Positions 36,684-45,417 of a DNA stretch of 64,000 nucleotides are shown here, piece by piece. Under the pieces are notes generated by a model. It was given only the letters and a program-made list of their open reading frames with translations, ran no database searches and was not told where the DNA came from. Positions within the stretch are counted from its first letter, which is position 1. The number at the start of each line of letters is the position of its first letter. A program made the translations under genes and the position numbers. Source of the DNA: Oscillospiraceae bacterium (lineage in GTDB: Bacteria > Bacillota > Clostridia > Oscillospirales > Oscillospiraceae); contig JAFRQP010000088.1 of assembly GCA_017428565.1 (NCBI GenBank), positions 28,651-92,650 of the forward strand, given 5' to 3'.

Positions 36684-38609
36684 TCATTCCGGATGGATGG
36701 CGAGAATGCTGGCGGTTTCCCGAGACTCCGGGCGCAGCTCATCGATACCCGGGATGCGCCCCTCCACATTCTCGCAGAGCCAGTCCATCTGCAGCAGCTC
36801 CTCGGGGGACAGGCCGCGGCTGCCGTCGTTGCGCAGGGTGTGCGACTGATCCAGGATGCGGCAGCGGAAGGGATCAAACCAGCCGTCGCGCACATCGCTC
36901 TTCAAGTGCTCGGCAAGACGCCGAATACCCTCGGGCAGACTCGCGGAGAGCTCCACGTCTATGACGCCGCTGCTCATGCCCCACCAGTAGTTGATGGCGA
37001 GTCCCTCCTGGCTTTTGGAGAGCGTATCCCAGCTGCCGTTGAAGATGCTCTGGACGACCTGCGTGTAAAAGCGGCCCCAGTTCCAGCAGGGGAGGGCAAG
37101 GGGCTGTACCACCCCGTCCTCCTGCAGGCGATATACGCCCCAGTCCATCACGCTGCCGGACTTTTGCGCGGTCTCGGCGTCCCGGTTGGAGATGACGCGG
37201 ATGCCTCGCTCCAGGAACTTGGCAATGGGATCCCGAACCTCCGAGGACCAGAGCAGATCGATCCGCACCCGGGGGTTGGTCATTTGTGCGCCAAGAGCAA
37301 AGGCGTTGATATCGGCAGTCACGCCCACGATGGGGTAGCTGGCGACATAACCGATCCGATCCTTCTCCGCCATGGCTCCCGCAACGGCTCCGGAGATGAA
37401 TTTGGCCTCATAGCTGCGGCTGTAATAGGTCCTCAGCCCCGCATAGGGCTTGGAAAGGGCGCAGTCCAGCACACGCAGCTTGGGATGCTTGGCCGCGATC
37501 TTCCGGCAGGCGCTCAACAGCTGCGGAGTCGTGGCAATCAAAAGATCCGCGCCGTCCTCTACCGCGTCCGTCATGGCTTTCTCGTCGTCTTTTTCCAGAG
37601 CCCAGTATTCCCGCACCTGGATCTTGGAGCCGAGATTTTCCTTCAGCTCCTGCTCTCCCTGGAAATGCGCATTGGACCATACGCTGTATTGGGGAAGATG
37701 GTCATAAACAAAGGCAATATTCAGCTTATCCGGATGACTGATGCCGAGAATCCGCGAAACCAATCCTTTTTCCTTCTCTTTGGGCTCCGTGCTCAGCGCG
37801 ATGGGACGGGGGAGGGAAGCGCTCTTGATGTCGGCCTGCATGCCGGACAGCGTTTTGTACAGTTCGTCCGTGCTCATCGCGCGCAGCTCCGCAAAGGAAA
37901 AAACCTGCAGGCAAACAAGCAAGGCGTCGGAAACGGTGCCGGCGTGGGCGGCGCCGCCGAGTTTTTGGTAAACGGTCTGGAAGCGGCTTTGCAGCGCCAG
38001 AAAAGCTCTCTTTTCGTCAGAGGTCCAGATATGCTCCCGGTCATAGCCCATGGCCTTCGTCAGCTTCTCATAGCTTCCGGGCTGGGTAAAGCGGATCTGA
38101 TACAGGCTGCAGCGGGGATAAAACTGCAGGAACTCGTAATACAGCTGGATCGCGGGATCGTCGGAGTACACAGGCAGGACACGGGTGACGTAGCCGGGGA
38201 TGGTGGGCGCGTCAAAGCTCTTCAGGACGCTGACGCGCTTGTTGCCCTCTTGAACGTAAAATCTGCCAAGATATTCATAGCATCGGATAGGCTCCCGAAT
38301 CCCTTCGTCTCCCAGATGGGCTTCGCACAGGGAGATCCATTTGGTCGCAAACTCTGTATTCGCTTCAAACAGCGGCATGAAATTGCCCGCAAAGGAAAAG
38401 CGGCGGCCGTAGGTTTTAGTTCCGACGATTTGATCGGCGGGAATGTCCACAAGACCGATTTCCATCCGGCCGGCAGACATCTGCTCGTTCAAGATCTCCT
38501 CCAAGACCTGGGGATAGGGATAGCTGCCCTTGGCGAGGGCGTTTTTATAGTAGCGCTGGCCCTGTTTCAAGGCGGCGGCGTATTGTGCGATAGCCTCTTG
38601 ACGACTCAT
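36684..38609 (-). CDS. Cytosolic fusion protein: N-terminal ParB/sulfiredoxin-like domain plus C-terminal BMP (PnrA-like nucleoside-binding) domain
   Basis: No signal peptide or lipobox. The N-terminus has IGLVDIPADQIVGT...REPIRCYEYLGRFYVQEGNKRVSVLK, a ParB/Srx-type GxxR core. The C-terminal half has NIAFVYD...GADLLIATTP...SYEAKFISGAVAGAM..IGYVASYPI..V..INAFALGA, which is BMP-family-like. Confidence 0.6.
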   Translation of the reverse strand: MSRQEAIAQYAAALKQGQRYYKNALAKGSYPYPQVLEEILNEQMSAGRMEIGLVDIPADQIVGTKTYGRRFSFAGNFMPLFEANTEFATKWISLCEAHLGDEGIREPIRCYEYLGRFYVQEGNKRVSVLKSFDAPTIPGYVTRVLPVYSDDPAIQLYYEFLQFYPRCSLYQIRFTQPGSYEKLTKAMGYDREHIWTSDEKRAFLALQSRFQTVYQKLGGAAHAGTVSDALLVCLQVFSFAELRAMSTDELYKTLSGMQADIKSASLPRPIALSTEPKEKEKGLVSRILGISHPDKLNIAFVYDHLPQYSVWSNAHFQGEQELKENLGSKIQVREYWALEKDDEKAMTDAVEDGADLLIATTPQLLSACRKIAAKHPKLRVLDCALSKPYAGLRTYYSRSYEAKFISGAVAGAMAEKDRIGYVASYPIVGVTADINAFALGAQMTNPRVRIDLLWSSEVRDPIAKFLERGIRVISNRDAETAQKSGSVMDWGVYRLQEDGVVQPLALPCWNWGRFYTQVVQSIFNGSWDTLSKSQEGLAINYWWGMSSGVIDVELSASLPEGIRRLAEHLKSDVRDGWFDPFRCRILDQSHTLRNDGSRGLSPEELLQMDWLCENVEGRIPGIDELRPESRETASILAIHPE

Positions 38610-38665
38610 CGGATTAACTCCCTTCGGATTTCAAAACACAAAGACTCTCATATTCCGATTGGTGT

Positions 38666-38693
38666 ATTATACCCATCCCTCGGAAAAACGCAA
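38666..38693 (-). promoter_or_regulatory. Sigma-A type promoter for the ParB/BMP-phosphoesterase operon
   Basis: On the minus strand: TTGCGT, 16 nt spacer, TATAAT. Confidence 0.5.
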
Positions 38694-38711
38694 GGGCAAA
38701 AATACACAAAA

Positions 38712-39353
38712 TCAACGGGTTTTTCTGAGCATGAGGATGTTGCTGACAAGAGAGGCGCTGTGGCGGCGGACATAGTCGTCGTACTCGTTGCGCTTGATAT
38801 AGTATTCGCTGCCCCAGGAGGAGATGCGAAGCCAGTCCCCGTCGCAGCCAGTGGCCGTCACATAATGCGCGATGGCGGAGGAGGAGGGGACATAGCTTCC
38901 GTCCGCTTTCTTTTTGTAGAAGCTGAGACGATGCTTTTTCCACAGCGCGGGGAAATTCGGCCCAACCGAGAAAATGGCGGGTATATCCTGCGCAAGGAGA
39001 TCTTCAATCCGCGGCCAGAATTTCTTCCCGGAAACGGCCCAGAAGGCCCGGTAGGGCAATTGATACCTGCGGAGCAGTCGATTCATCCCAACAGCCAGAA
39101 GGATTCCGTTGATGCCGAAGGGCTTTACCAGCGGGAAATACTGACGGACGACCTGCTCCAGCTCCCGGTTGTACTCTTCTTCCGTCATGGTTTCCTTTTG
39201 TCGGCCCGAGAGATAGAGACAGGCGTCAAAAGCAGCGACCGCGCCGCAGCCGCAGATGCGGATGGTCTCCTTTTGCGACCACATCTGACTTCCGCCATAG
39301 GACGCTACACCCTTTCGCAGCACATGTACATAATCGTTCAGCAGGCTTGTCAT
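38712..39353 (-). CDS. Hypothetical papain-fold cysteine peptidase-like protein (C39-like / BtrH_N-like)
   Basis: Candidate catalytic Cys in IRICGCGAVAAFDACLYL and His in AIAHYVTATGCDGDWLRISSWG. No signal peptide. ATG at 39353 lies 7 nt after AAGGAGG. Confidence 0.45.
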   Translation of the reverse strand: MTSLLNDYVHVLRKGVASYGGSQMWSQKETIRICGCGAVAAFDACLYLSGRQKETMTEEEYNRELEQVVRQYFPLVKPFGINGILLAVGMNRLLRRYQLPYRAFWAVSGKKFWPRIEDLLAQDIPAIFSVGPNFPALWKKHRLSFYKKKADGSYVPSSSAIAHYVTATGCDGDWLRISSWGSEYYIKRNEYDDYVRRHSASLVSNILMLRKTR

Positions 39354-39516
39354 GGCCACCCCTCCTTTATTCGATACCAGTATAGCCTATCCCTTGATTT
39401 CTTTCAATCCCAAGGTGGAAAATAGGGAGGAAGTGTGATACAATATAGAAGAAAAAGGGAGAGTACGGGGGATGCCGGGCGAATGTTTCTTCACATCGAT
39501 CCGGCTTTAAGCGGAT

Positions 39517-41229
39517 ATGAAAGAGGTTTCGGAGCTTCAGCGCAGACGAGCGGTGAACCAGATCTGGAATGCGGCGAAGGATTACAGCTTTGTGCCGGAT
39601 TTCAAGGCCTATGACGGGCAGGGAAATGCCGATCTGTACTGGAACAGTATCATCGGCGCGGTGCGCAGGCATTATGAGTATCCTAAGCTGGCCAAAGTGT
39701 TTGCCGCTTTTCAGGAATACGAGGACGGGGACGAGTATGAGGCTTTGCTCTGGCTGGGCCTGGAAAACGCGGCTTATGCCAGGGAGAGGGAGGACCGCCC
39801 CGTCCTCCGTACCCTTCGGGAAGACTATGCCAACAGATTCCTGAAGGAGTACGGATCGAAGAGACTGGACGATTATCATCTATACGACTATTTGGCGACT
39901 GCCCATTATCTGCGGGCCCTGGGCAGGGAAGCGCGTTTGAGCCGCTATGATCAAAAGCTTCTGGATGAGCTGGAATTCGGGCAGGAGCTGGACACTGACG
40001 AGATCGTGGAACGGGCGCAGGACCTGTTTCAGCGCTGGTTTCAGATCAAGACCGAGGAACACAGGCGGGAGCGCGGGAACTGGCTTTCCGGTCTGCGCCG
40101 CATAGGCGGAAAAAAAGGGAAGGGCCGGCTTCGGAAATTCGGCATCGGTTTTGCCGACCACCCCCGCCACGCCTACAGCGGGGACGACGAGCTTCTGCGC
40201 CGGGAGGATCAGCCTATCACCCATTTGACCGCTGCCCAGCTTCGCGCTTTTATGGCAGGCAAATACGGCCTTTCGCTGTATGACGAGCAGCAGATCATGG
40301 AGCTGGAGCGCAAGCTATGCAGCGGAAATCACGCCTTTTGCCACCTGCATATCACCAAGGGCGTTCCGGGGAAGGAAAAGATCCAAAACGGTTTTGAAGC
40401 GCTGCGAAAGGATCAGGAACGCAGACAGCACGAAAAAAACCGCGCCTATTATCAGGCGCATTTGGCGGAAAACCGTATTACCATCGCGCGTCTTGCCTCC
40501 AGAATCCAGAATTCTGTCCTCCTGTATCTGCAGCCGAGCCTTGTCCCGTCCGAAACGGGACTTTTGGACGGCAGCCGGGTCTGGCGCGCTTCCGTGCTGC
40601 AGGATGGGAAGATCTTTCAGCGCACCGAACAGGGGAATATGGGAGATCTGTGCGTGGATATCCTCCTGGACGCCTCCACATCGCAGCAGACACGGCAGGA
40701 ACGGGTCTCCACCCAGGGATATCTCATTGCCGAAGCGCTGACACGCTGCGGGATCCCTTGTCGAGTGATGTCCTTCTGCTCCATGACCGGATATACCATT
40801 TTGCGCGTCTTCCGGGATTACAGCGAAGTACAGGTCAATCCCAGGATCTTTGAATATGTCTCCAACGGCTGCAACCGGGACGGACTGGCTGTGCGCACAG
40901 TCCATGAGCTGATGATGGCGAGTCCCTACGAGCACAAGATTTTGATCCTGCTTTCCGATGTGAAGCCGCATGACGCCGTGCGGATCTCCGCGGAGGACGA
41001 AGGGGAATACATCCCCTACGAGAAGGATGCGGGTGTTCGGGACACCGCAGCAGAGGTGCGTCGCGCCAGAGCGGACGGAATCGCGGTCGTTTGCGTATTC
41101 ACGGGTGAGGAGCAGGATCTTCCCAGCGCAAAGCTGGTTTACAACAAGGACTTCTCCAAGATCCCCTCTGTGGATCTTCTGGCGGACACGGTCGGCACTC
41201 TGCTGCAGAACCAGATCCGCAATCTGTAA
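39517..41229 (+). CDS. von Willebrand factor A domain protein (NorD/CobT-like), no adjacent AAA+ partner
   Basis: The C-terminal vWA domain has the MIDAS motif DILLDASTS, then NRDG and ILLSDVKPHD. It follows a roughly 370-aa helical N-terminal region. Confidence 0.65.
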   Translation: MKEVSELQRRRAVNQIWNAAKDYSFVPDFKAYDGQGNADLYWNSIIGAVRRHYEYPKLAKVFAAFQEYEDGDEYEALLWLGLENAAYAREREDRPVLRTLREDYANRFLKEYGSKRLDDYHLYDYLATAHYLRALGREARLSRYDQKLLDELEFGQELDTDEIVERAQDLFQRWFQIKTEEHRRERGNWLSGLRRIGGKKGKGRLRKFGIGFADHPRHAYSGDDELLRREDQPITHLTAAQLRAFMAGKYGLSLYDEQQIMELERKLCSGNHAFCHLHITKGVPGKEKIQNGFEALRKDQERRQHEKNRAYYQAHLAENRITIARLASRIQNSVLLYLQPSLVPSETGLLDGSRVWRASVLQDGKIFQRTEQGNMGDLCVDILLDASTSQQTRQERVSTQGYLIAEALTRCGIPCRVMSFCSMTGYTILRVFRDYSEVQVNPRIFEYVSNGCNRDGLAVRTVHELMMASPYEHKILILLSDVKPHDAVRISAEDEGEYIPYEKDAGVRDTAAEVRRARADGIAVVCVFTGEEQDLPSAKLVYNKDFSKIPSVDLLADTVGTLLQNQIRNL

Positions 41230-41232
41230 AAC

Positions 41233-41260
41233 CATCCCCCCGGCGCATGCCGGGGGGATG
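41233..41260. terminator. Bidirectional terminator between the vWA gene and pfp
   Basis: CATCCCCCCGGC-GCAT-GCCGGGGGGATG. Confidence 0.7.
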
Positions 41261-41276
41261 TCGTTTGTGAATCAGT

Positions 41277-42518
41277 TTATTTGGCCAGGACCTTTTTCAG
41301 CCGCGCATAGCGGGGGAGGGAGTGCTCCAGCGGAAGCTTGGGCTCGCCCTGAATCAGCGGTAGCACATAATCGATGAACTCGTGCTTGAGACCGTTCTGC
41401 TCCTCGTTCAGCCAGGACAGGGGGATCTTCTTCTCATAGTTTGCGACCTTGTTCAAAGGCAGCAGAACCATCTTGCACTTATAGTTGCCGTCGGCGTCTT
41501 CCCGTTCAAACGCGACCATCTTGCCGGTCACGCCGTTAACAGCCTGCTTCACGGCTTCTTCGCCGGCGCTGCGGGCTTCTTCGATATCCGTGGCGGAGGC
41601 CAGATGCGCGCCGCAGCGCTGCAGCAGGCTCAGCTCAATGCCGCGGACCTTGGCGCCGGTGCGGCCCTTGACGATGGCTGCCAGCAGCGCGGCAAGACCG
41701 CCCAGCTGGGCGTGACCAAAGCCGTCGGTGGCGGAAACCTTGGCCTCGGAAACGAAGCTGCCGTCTGCGTAGTGGATGCCTTCGGATACGGCAACCAGGA
41801 CCTTGCCGTTGGCGTCGTAAACGCGCTGCACATCGTTCAGGAATTTGTCCATGTCGAAGTCTACCTCGGGCAGATAGATCAGATCCGGACCGGAACCGAA
41901 CTCCGTGGCCAGGGCCGCACTGGCGGCCAGCCATCCGGCGTGACGACCCATGATCTCCACGATAGTGACCATGCCGTTGTCGTACACCCGGGCGTCTTTG
42001 TTGATCTCCATGCAGGAGGTGGCAATATACTTGGCGGCGCTGCCAAAGCCGGGGCAGTGGTCGGTGCCGTAGAGATCGTTGTCGATGGTCTTGGGAACGC
42101 CCATGACACGGCACTCATAGCCCACGGATTCCATGTAGCGGCTGATCTTGTTGCAGGTATCCATGGAGTCGTTGCCGCCGTTATAGAAGAAGTAACGGAT
42201 GTTGTACTTCTTGAAGATTTCCAGGATGCGCTTGTAGTCCGTGTCGTCCTTTTCCGGATCGGCGATCTTATAGCGGCAGGAGCCCAGGGCGGAAGAAGGG
42301 GTGTGCAGCAAGAGCTTCAGTTCTTCGGGATCCTCTTCATCCATGATATAGAGCCGATCCTCCAGAACGCCCTTGATGCCGTTGGCAGCACCGTAAACCT
42401 TGGTGATCTCATCCGCATCCAGCGCGGCGCGGATCACGCCGTAAGCACTGGCGTTGATGACCGCGGTGGGGCCGCCGGACTGTCCGAAGACCGCTGCGCC
42501 GATCAGTTTTTTGCTCAT
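41277..42518 (-). CDS. pfp: 6-phosphofructokinase, probably pyrophosphate-dependent (Pfp type)
   Basis: 413 aa with GQSGGPTAVINAS. GGNDS and PKTIDND carry the Asp/Lys pair associated with PPi-dependence. ATG at 42518 follows GGAGGA. The remainder of the 1406-aa track ORF is a shadow. Confidence 0.85.
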   Translation of the reverse strand: MSKKLIGAAVFGQSGGPTAVINASAYGVIRAALDADEITKVYGAANGIKGVLEDRLYIMDEEDPEELKLLLHTPSSALGSCRYKIADPEKDDTDYKRILEIFKKYNIRYFFYNGGNDSMDTCNKISRYMESVGYECRVMGVPKTIDNDLYGTDHCPGFGSAAKYIATSCMEINKDARVYDNGMVTIVEIMGRHAGWLAASAALATEFGSGPDLIYLPEVDFDMDKFLNDVQRVYDANGKVLVAVSEGIHYADGSFVSEAKVSATDGFGHAQLGGLAALLAAIVKGRTGAKVRGIELSLLQRCGAHLASATDIEEARSAGEEAVKQAVNGVTGKMVAFEREDADGNYKCKMVLLPLNKVANYEKKIPLSWLNEEQNGLKHEFIDYVLPLIQGEPKLPLEHSLPRYARLKKVLAK

Positions 42519-42575
42519 TTGTTCATATCCTCCATTGTTCGGGTAAAAAAATTTCAGAATTGTGAAATGTACTTC

Positions 42576-42604
42576 TTGATTCTGCGATGGATTGAGAATA
42601 TAAT
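42576..42604 (+). promoter_or_regulatory. Sigma-A type promoter for fba
   Basis: TTGATT, 17 nt spacer, TATAAT in the AT-rich divergent pfp/fba spacer. Confidence 0.6.
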
Positions 42605-42659
42605 AGAAAAGCAAATTTGTAAATATACTTTTTACACAAAATTCGTAAGGAGATTGAAA

Positions 42660-43628
42660 ATGGCACTTGTAACTACGAAAGAAATGTTTGCGAAGGCTTA
42701 TGACGGCGGCTATGCAATCGGCGCCTTCAACGTCAACAATATGGAGATCGTCCAGGGCATCACCGAGGCTGCCGGCGAGTTGAGAAGCCCCGTCATCCTG
42801 CAGGTTTCCAAGGGCGCCCGCGCCTATGCCAACCATACCTATCTGGTGAAGCTGGTGGAGGCCGCCATTATCGAGAATCCCGAGATCCCCATTGCGCTGC
42901 ATCTGGACCACGGCGATACCTTTGAGCTGTGCAAGAACTGCATCGACGGCGGCTTTACCTCCGTCATGATCGACGCCTCCTCCAAGCCTTTTGAGGAAAA
43001 TATCGCCCTGACCCGCATGGTCGTGGAGTACGCCCACGATCACGGCGTGGTGGTCGAGGCGGAGCTGGGCACTTTGGCCGGCGTGGAGGATGAGGTCGCT
43101 GTGGAGCACGGCAAGGAGAGCTACACCCACCCCGAAGAGGTGGAGGAGTTCGTCTCCCGCACCGGCTGCGACTCTCTGGCCATCGCCATCGGCACCTCTC
43201 ACGGCGCCTACAAGTTCAAGGCCTCCCAGTGCACCCGCAACGCCGATGGCATCCTGGTGCCGCCCCCGCTGCGTTTCGACGTGCTGCATGAGTGCATCAA
43301 GCGTCTGCCCGGATTCCCCATCGTGCTGCACGGTTCTTCCTCCGTTCCCCAGGAGTTTGTTCAGATGGTCAACCAGTACGGCGGCAATATGCCCGACGCT
43401 ATCGGAATCCCCGAGGATCAGCTCCGTGAGGCTGCCAAGCTTGCCGTCTGCAAGATCAATATCGACTCCGATATCCGTCTGGCCATGACCGGCAACATCC
43501 GCAAGTACTTTGCCGAGCATCCCGACCACTTTGACCCGCGCCAGTATTTGAAGCCCGCCCGTCAGGCGGTGAAAGACATGGTCGCGCATAAGATCGTCCA
43601 CGTTCTGGGCTCCGACGGCAAAGCCTGA
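42660..43628 (+). CDS. fba: Class II fructose-1,6-bisphosphate aldolase
   Basis: 322 aa beginning MALVTTKEMFAKAYDGGYAIGAFNVNNME, with PIALHLDHG and SHGAYKF motifs. ATG at 42660 follows AAGGAG. Confidence 0.93.
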   Translation: MALVTTKEMFAKAYDGGYAIGAFNVNNMEIVQGITEAAGELRSPVILQVSKGARAYANHTYLVKLVEAAIIENPEIPIALHLDHGDTFELCKNCIDGGFTSVMIDASSKPFEENIALTRMVVEYAHDHGVVVEAELGTLAGVEDEVAVEHGKESYTHPEEVEEFVSRTGCDSLAIAIGTSHGAYKFKASQCTRNADGILVPPPLRFDVLHECIKRLPGFPIVLHGSSSVPQEFVQMVNQYGGNMPDAIGIPEDQLREAAKLAVCKINIDSDIRLAMTGNIRKYFAEHPDHFDPRQYLKPARQAVKDMVAHKIVHVLGSDGKA

Positions 43629-43673
43629 TTTTCCTTTCCATCCTGCAGAGAGATAATATTGGAGGTGGCAATT

Positions 43674-45335
43674 ATGAGTCAAAGACCCCAACGAGCAAGA
43701 TTTGCCGGAAAAGCTGCCGACGCTCCAGCCGGTTCCTCGAATCTGATTCTGATCGGCCGTCTGGTCCTTGCAGCAATTCTCCTGGTGCTGGGCGCCTTTG
43801 TGGTGAAGAACGAGATTGTTCGGTATATTCTGCTGGCTCTGTCTGCGCTGCTCTGCGCCTATGACATGGCGCTGAAAGCCTTTGACAGCGTGCTGGAGAA
43901 GAACTATTTCGCTACTCCGATCCTTCTTCTGTTCGTGGCCTTTGTATCCTTCTTTGTGGGCTTCCCCGTGGAAGGCGCCGCTATGCTCCTCCTGTATCAG
44001 CTGAGCCTGCCTCTGCTGGATTACGTGCAGAAGCGTACCCGCGGCTCTGCCATGCAGCTGCTGAACGGCCAGGATGAAGAGACCGTTGACCGGGCGACAG
44101 AGCTGTTCGGCAAAGAGGGCGCCCTCCGACTCAACATGGAATCCGGAGCCTACCGCAGCGCGGACATCATCTTGAAGATCACCATGGTTTTTGCGCTGAT
44201 CTATATCGTTATCCTGCGCAGATTGGGCGATTATTCCTTTGCCGTGTGCATCCATCGAGCCCTGATGATCATGATGACGGCGATCCCTGCCTCTGTCGTG
44301 GCAGCTATGCCCTTCACCGCGCTGGTCGGCCTGTGCTACGGCGCACGGCACGGTGTCCTGTTCCGGGATGGCAAAACCATGGAAAAGACCGCCGAGGTCA
44401 ACGTGCTTGCCATCGACAAAGCCAATATCTTTTCCTCTGACGCCCCGGTTCTGGAAGCGGCCCACTCCGACATCCTGGATCAGAACACCTTCATGAGCTT
44501 TCTGGCCCATGCGGTGTATTACTCCGAGCAGTCTTTCGCCAGAGCGATCCCGACCCTGGGAGAGAATGATTACCGGCTGGACGTGATCAGCGATTTTGCG
44601 GACGTCCCGGGCTGCGGCGTAGAGCTGAAGATCGGAGGCTCTCCCGTGATCCTTGCCAAGGCGGACTATCTCGCCTCCAGAGGCGTCCAGGTGCCCCAGG
44701 TTGAGGAAGAAGGGGAGAAGTACTTCCTGATCGTCTCCGGCCGCTATGTGGGCTATCTGATCGTCTCGCTGCCGGCCAATGAGATCGGCACCGAACTGCT
44801 GGACGGCATCCGGGAGACCGGTATGCGCGAGCTCGTTCTTTTGACGGAGGACGCGGAAGGGGAGAGCCGGCGTGTAGCCGAGGATCTGGGCTTCGACGAT
44901 GTGTACGGCGAATGCGATACCGAGCGCAAGCTCAAGCACGTGGGTGATCTGAACCAGGGCGACCGCAATCATGTGATGTTCCTCTATGCCAACGGCATTG
45001 AGTGTCACAGCGATGCGGACGTGGACGTGCGGCTGAATAAGAAAGCCAAGTTTGCGGATGTAACCGTTGCCCCCGAAAATGCAAACGCGCTGCCCTTTGG
45101 CATTCAGGTTTCCAGAAGAATGTGCCAGGTCGCCAAGTCGAATGCGATCTTCATGTTTGCCGTCAAGGCCCTGCTGGTATTCTTGAGCATGATCGGCTTC
45201 AGCAGCATTTGGTTTGTCCTGTTTATGGACACCGCCGCTGTGATCGGAACGCTGCTGAATACGATCCGCGTGACCAAGAATCCGCTGATCGACATGAGCA
45301 GATTTTCCGCGCCCCGCGGAGAACAGGAGCAATAA
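43674..45335 (+). CDS. Degenerate P1B-type ATPase homologue (predicted catalytically inactive membrane protein)
   Basis: The protein is colinear with heavy-metal P-type ATPases, but the catalytic motifs have changed:
- The actuator domain is missing.
- CPx is replaced by IPA.
- DKTGT is replaced by DKANI.
- TGD is replaced by TED.
- GDGxND is replaced by ANGIECHSD.

ATG at 43674 follows GGAGG. Confidence 0.6.
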   Translation: MSQRPQRARFAGKAADAPAGSSNLILIGRLVLAAILLVLGAFVVKNEIVRYILLALSALLCAYDMALKAFDSVLEKNYFATPILLLFVAFVSFFVGFPVEGAAMLLLYQLSLPLLDYVQKRTRGSAMQLLNGQDEETVDRATELFGKEGALRLNMESGAYRSADIILKITMVFALIYIVILRRLGDYSFAVCIHRALMIMMTAIPASVVAAMPFTALVGLCYGARHGVLFRDGKTMEKTAEVNVLAIDKANIFSSDAPVLEAAHSDILDQNTFMSFLAHAVYYSEQSFARAIPTLGENDYRLDVISDFADVPGCGVELKIGGSPVILAKADYLASRGVQVPQVEEEGEKYFLIVSGRYVGYLIVSLPANEIGTELLDGIRETGMRELVLLTEDAEGESRRVAEDLGFDDVYGECDTERKLKHVGDLNQGDRNHVMFLYANGIECHSDADVDVRLNKKAKFADVTVAPENANALPFGIQVSRRMCQVAKSNAIFMFAVKALLVFLSMIGFSSIWFVLFMDTAAVIGTLLNTIRVTKNPLIDMSRFSAPRGEQEQ

Positions 45336-45348
45336 ACAATAACAGCTC

Positions 45349-45386
45349 AAACAGCCTCTCCGGTTATTTCCGGAGAGGCTGTTTTT
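45349..45386. terminator. Bidirectional terminator at the convergence point of the + and - gene blocks
   Basis: AAACAGCCTCTCCGG-TTATTT-CCGGAGAGGCTGTTTTT. Confidence 0.8.
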
Positions 45387-45417
45387 CGATAATCGAATTT
45401 TTGTCTCTTTTCTCGCG

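Noticed and set aside
42541-42575. TGTGAAATGTAC in the pfp/fba divergent promoter region as a CcpA cre site.
   Set aside because: It lacks the central CG and the dyad symmetry of the cre consensus (TGWAANCGNTNWCA). The similarity is too weak to call by eye.
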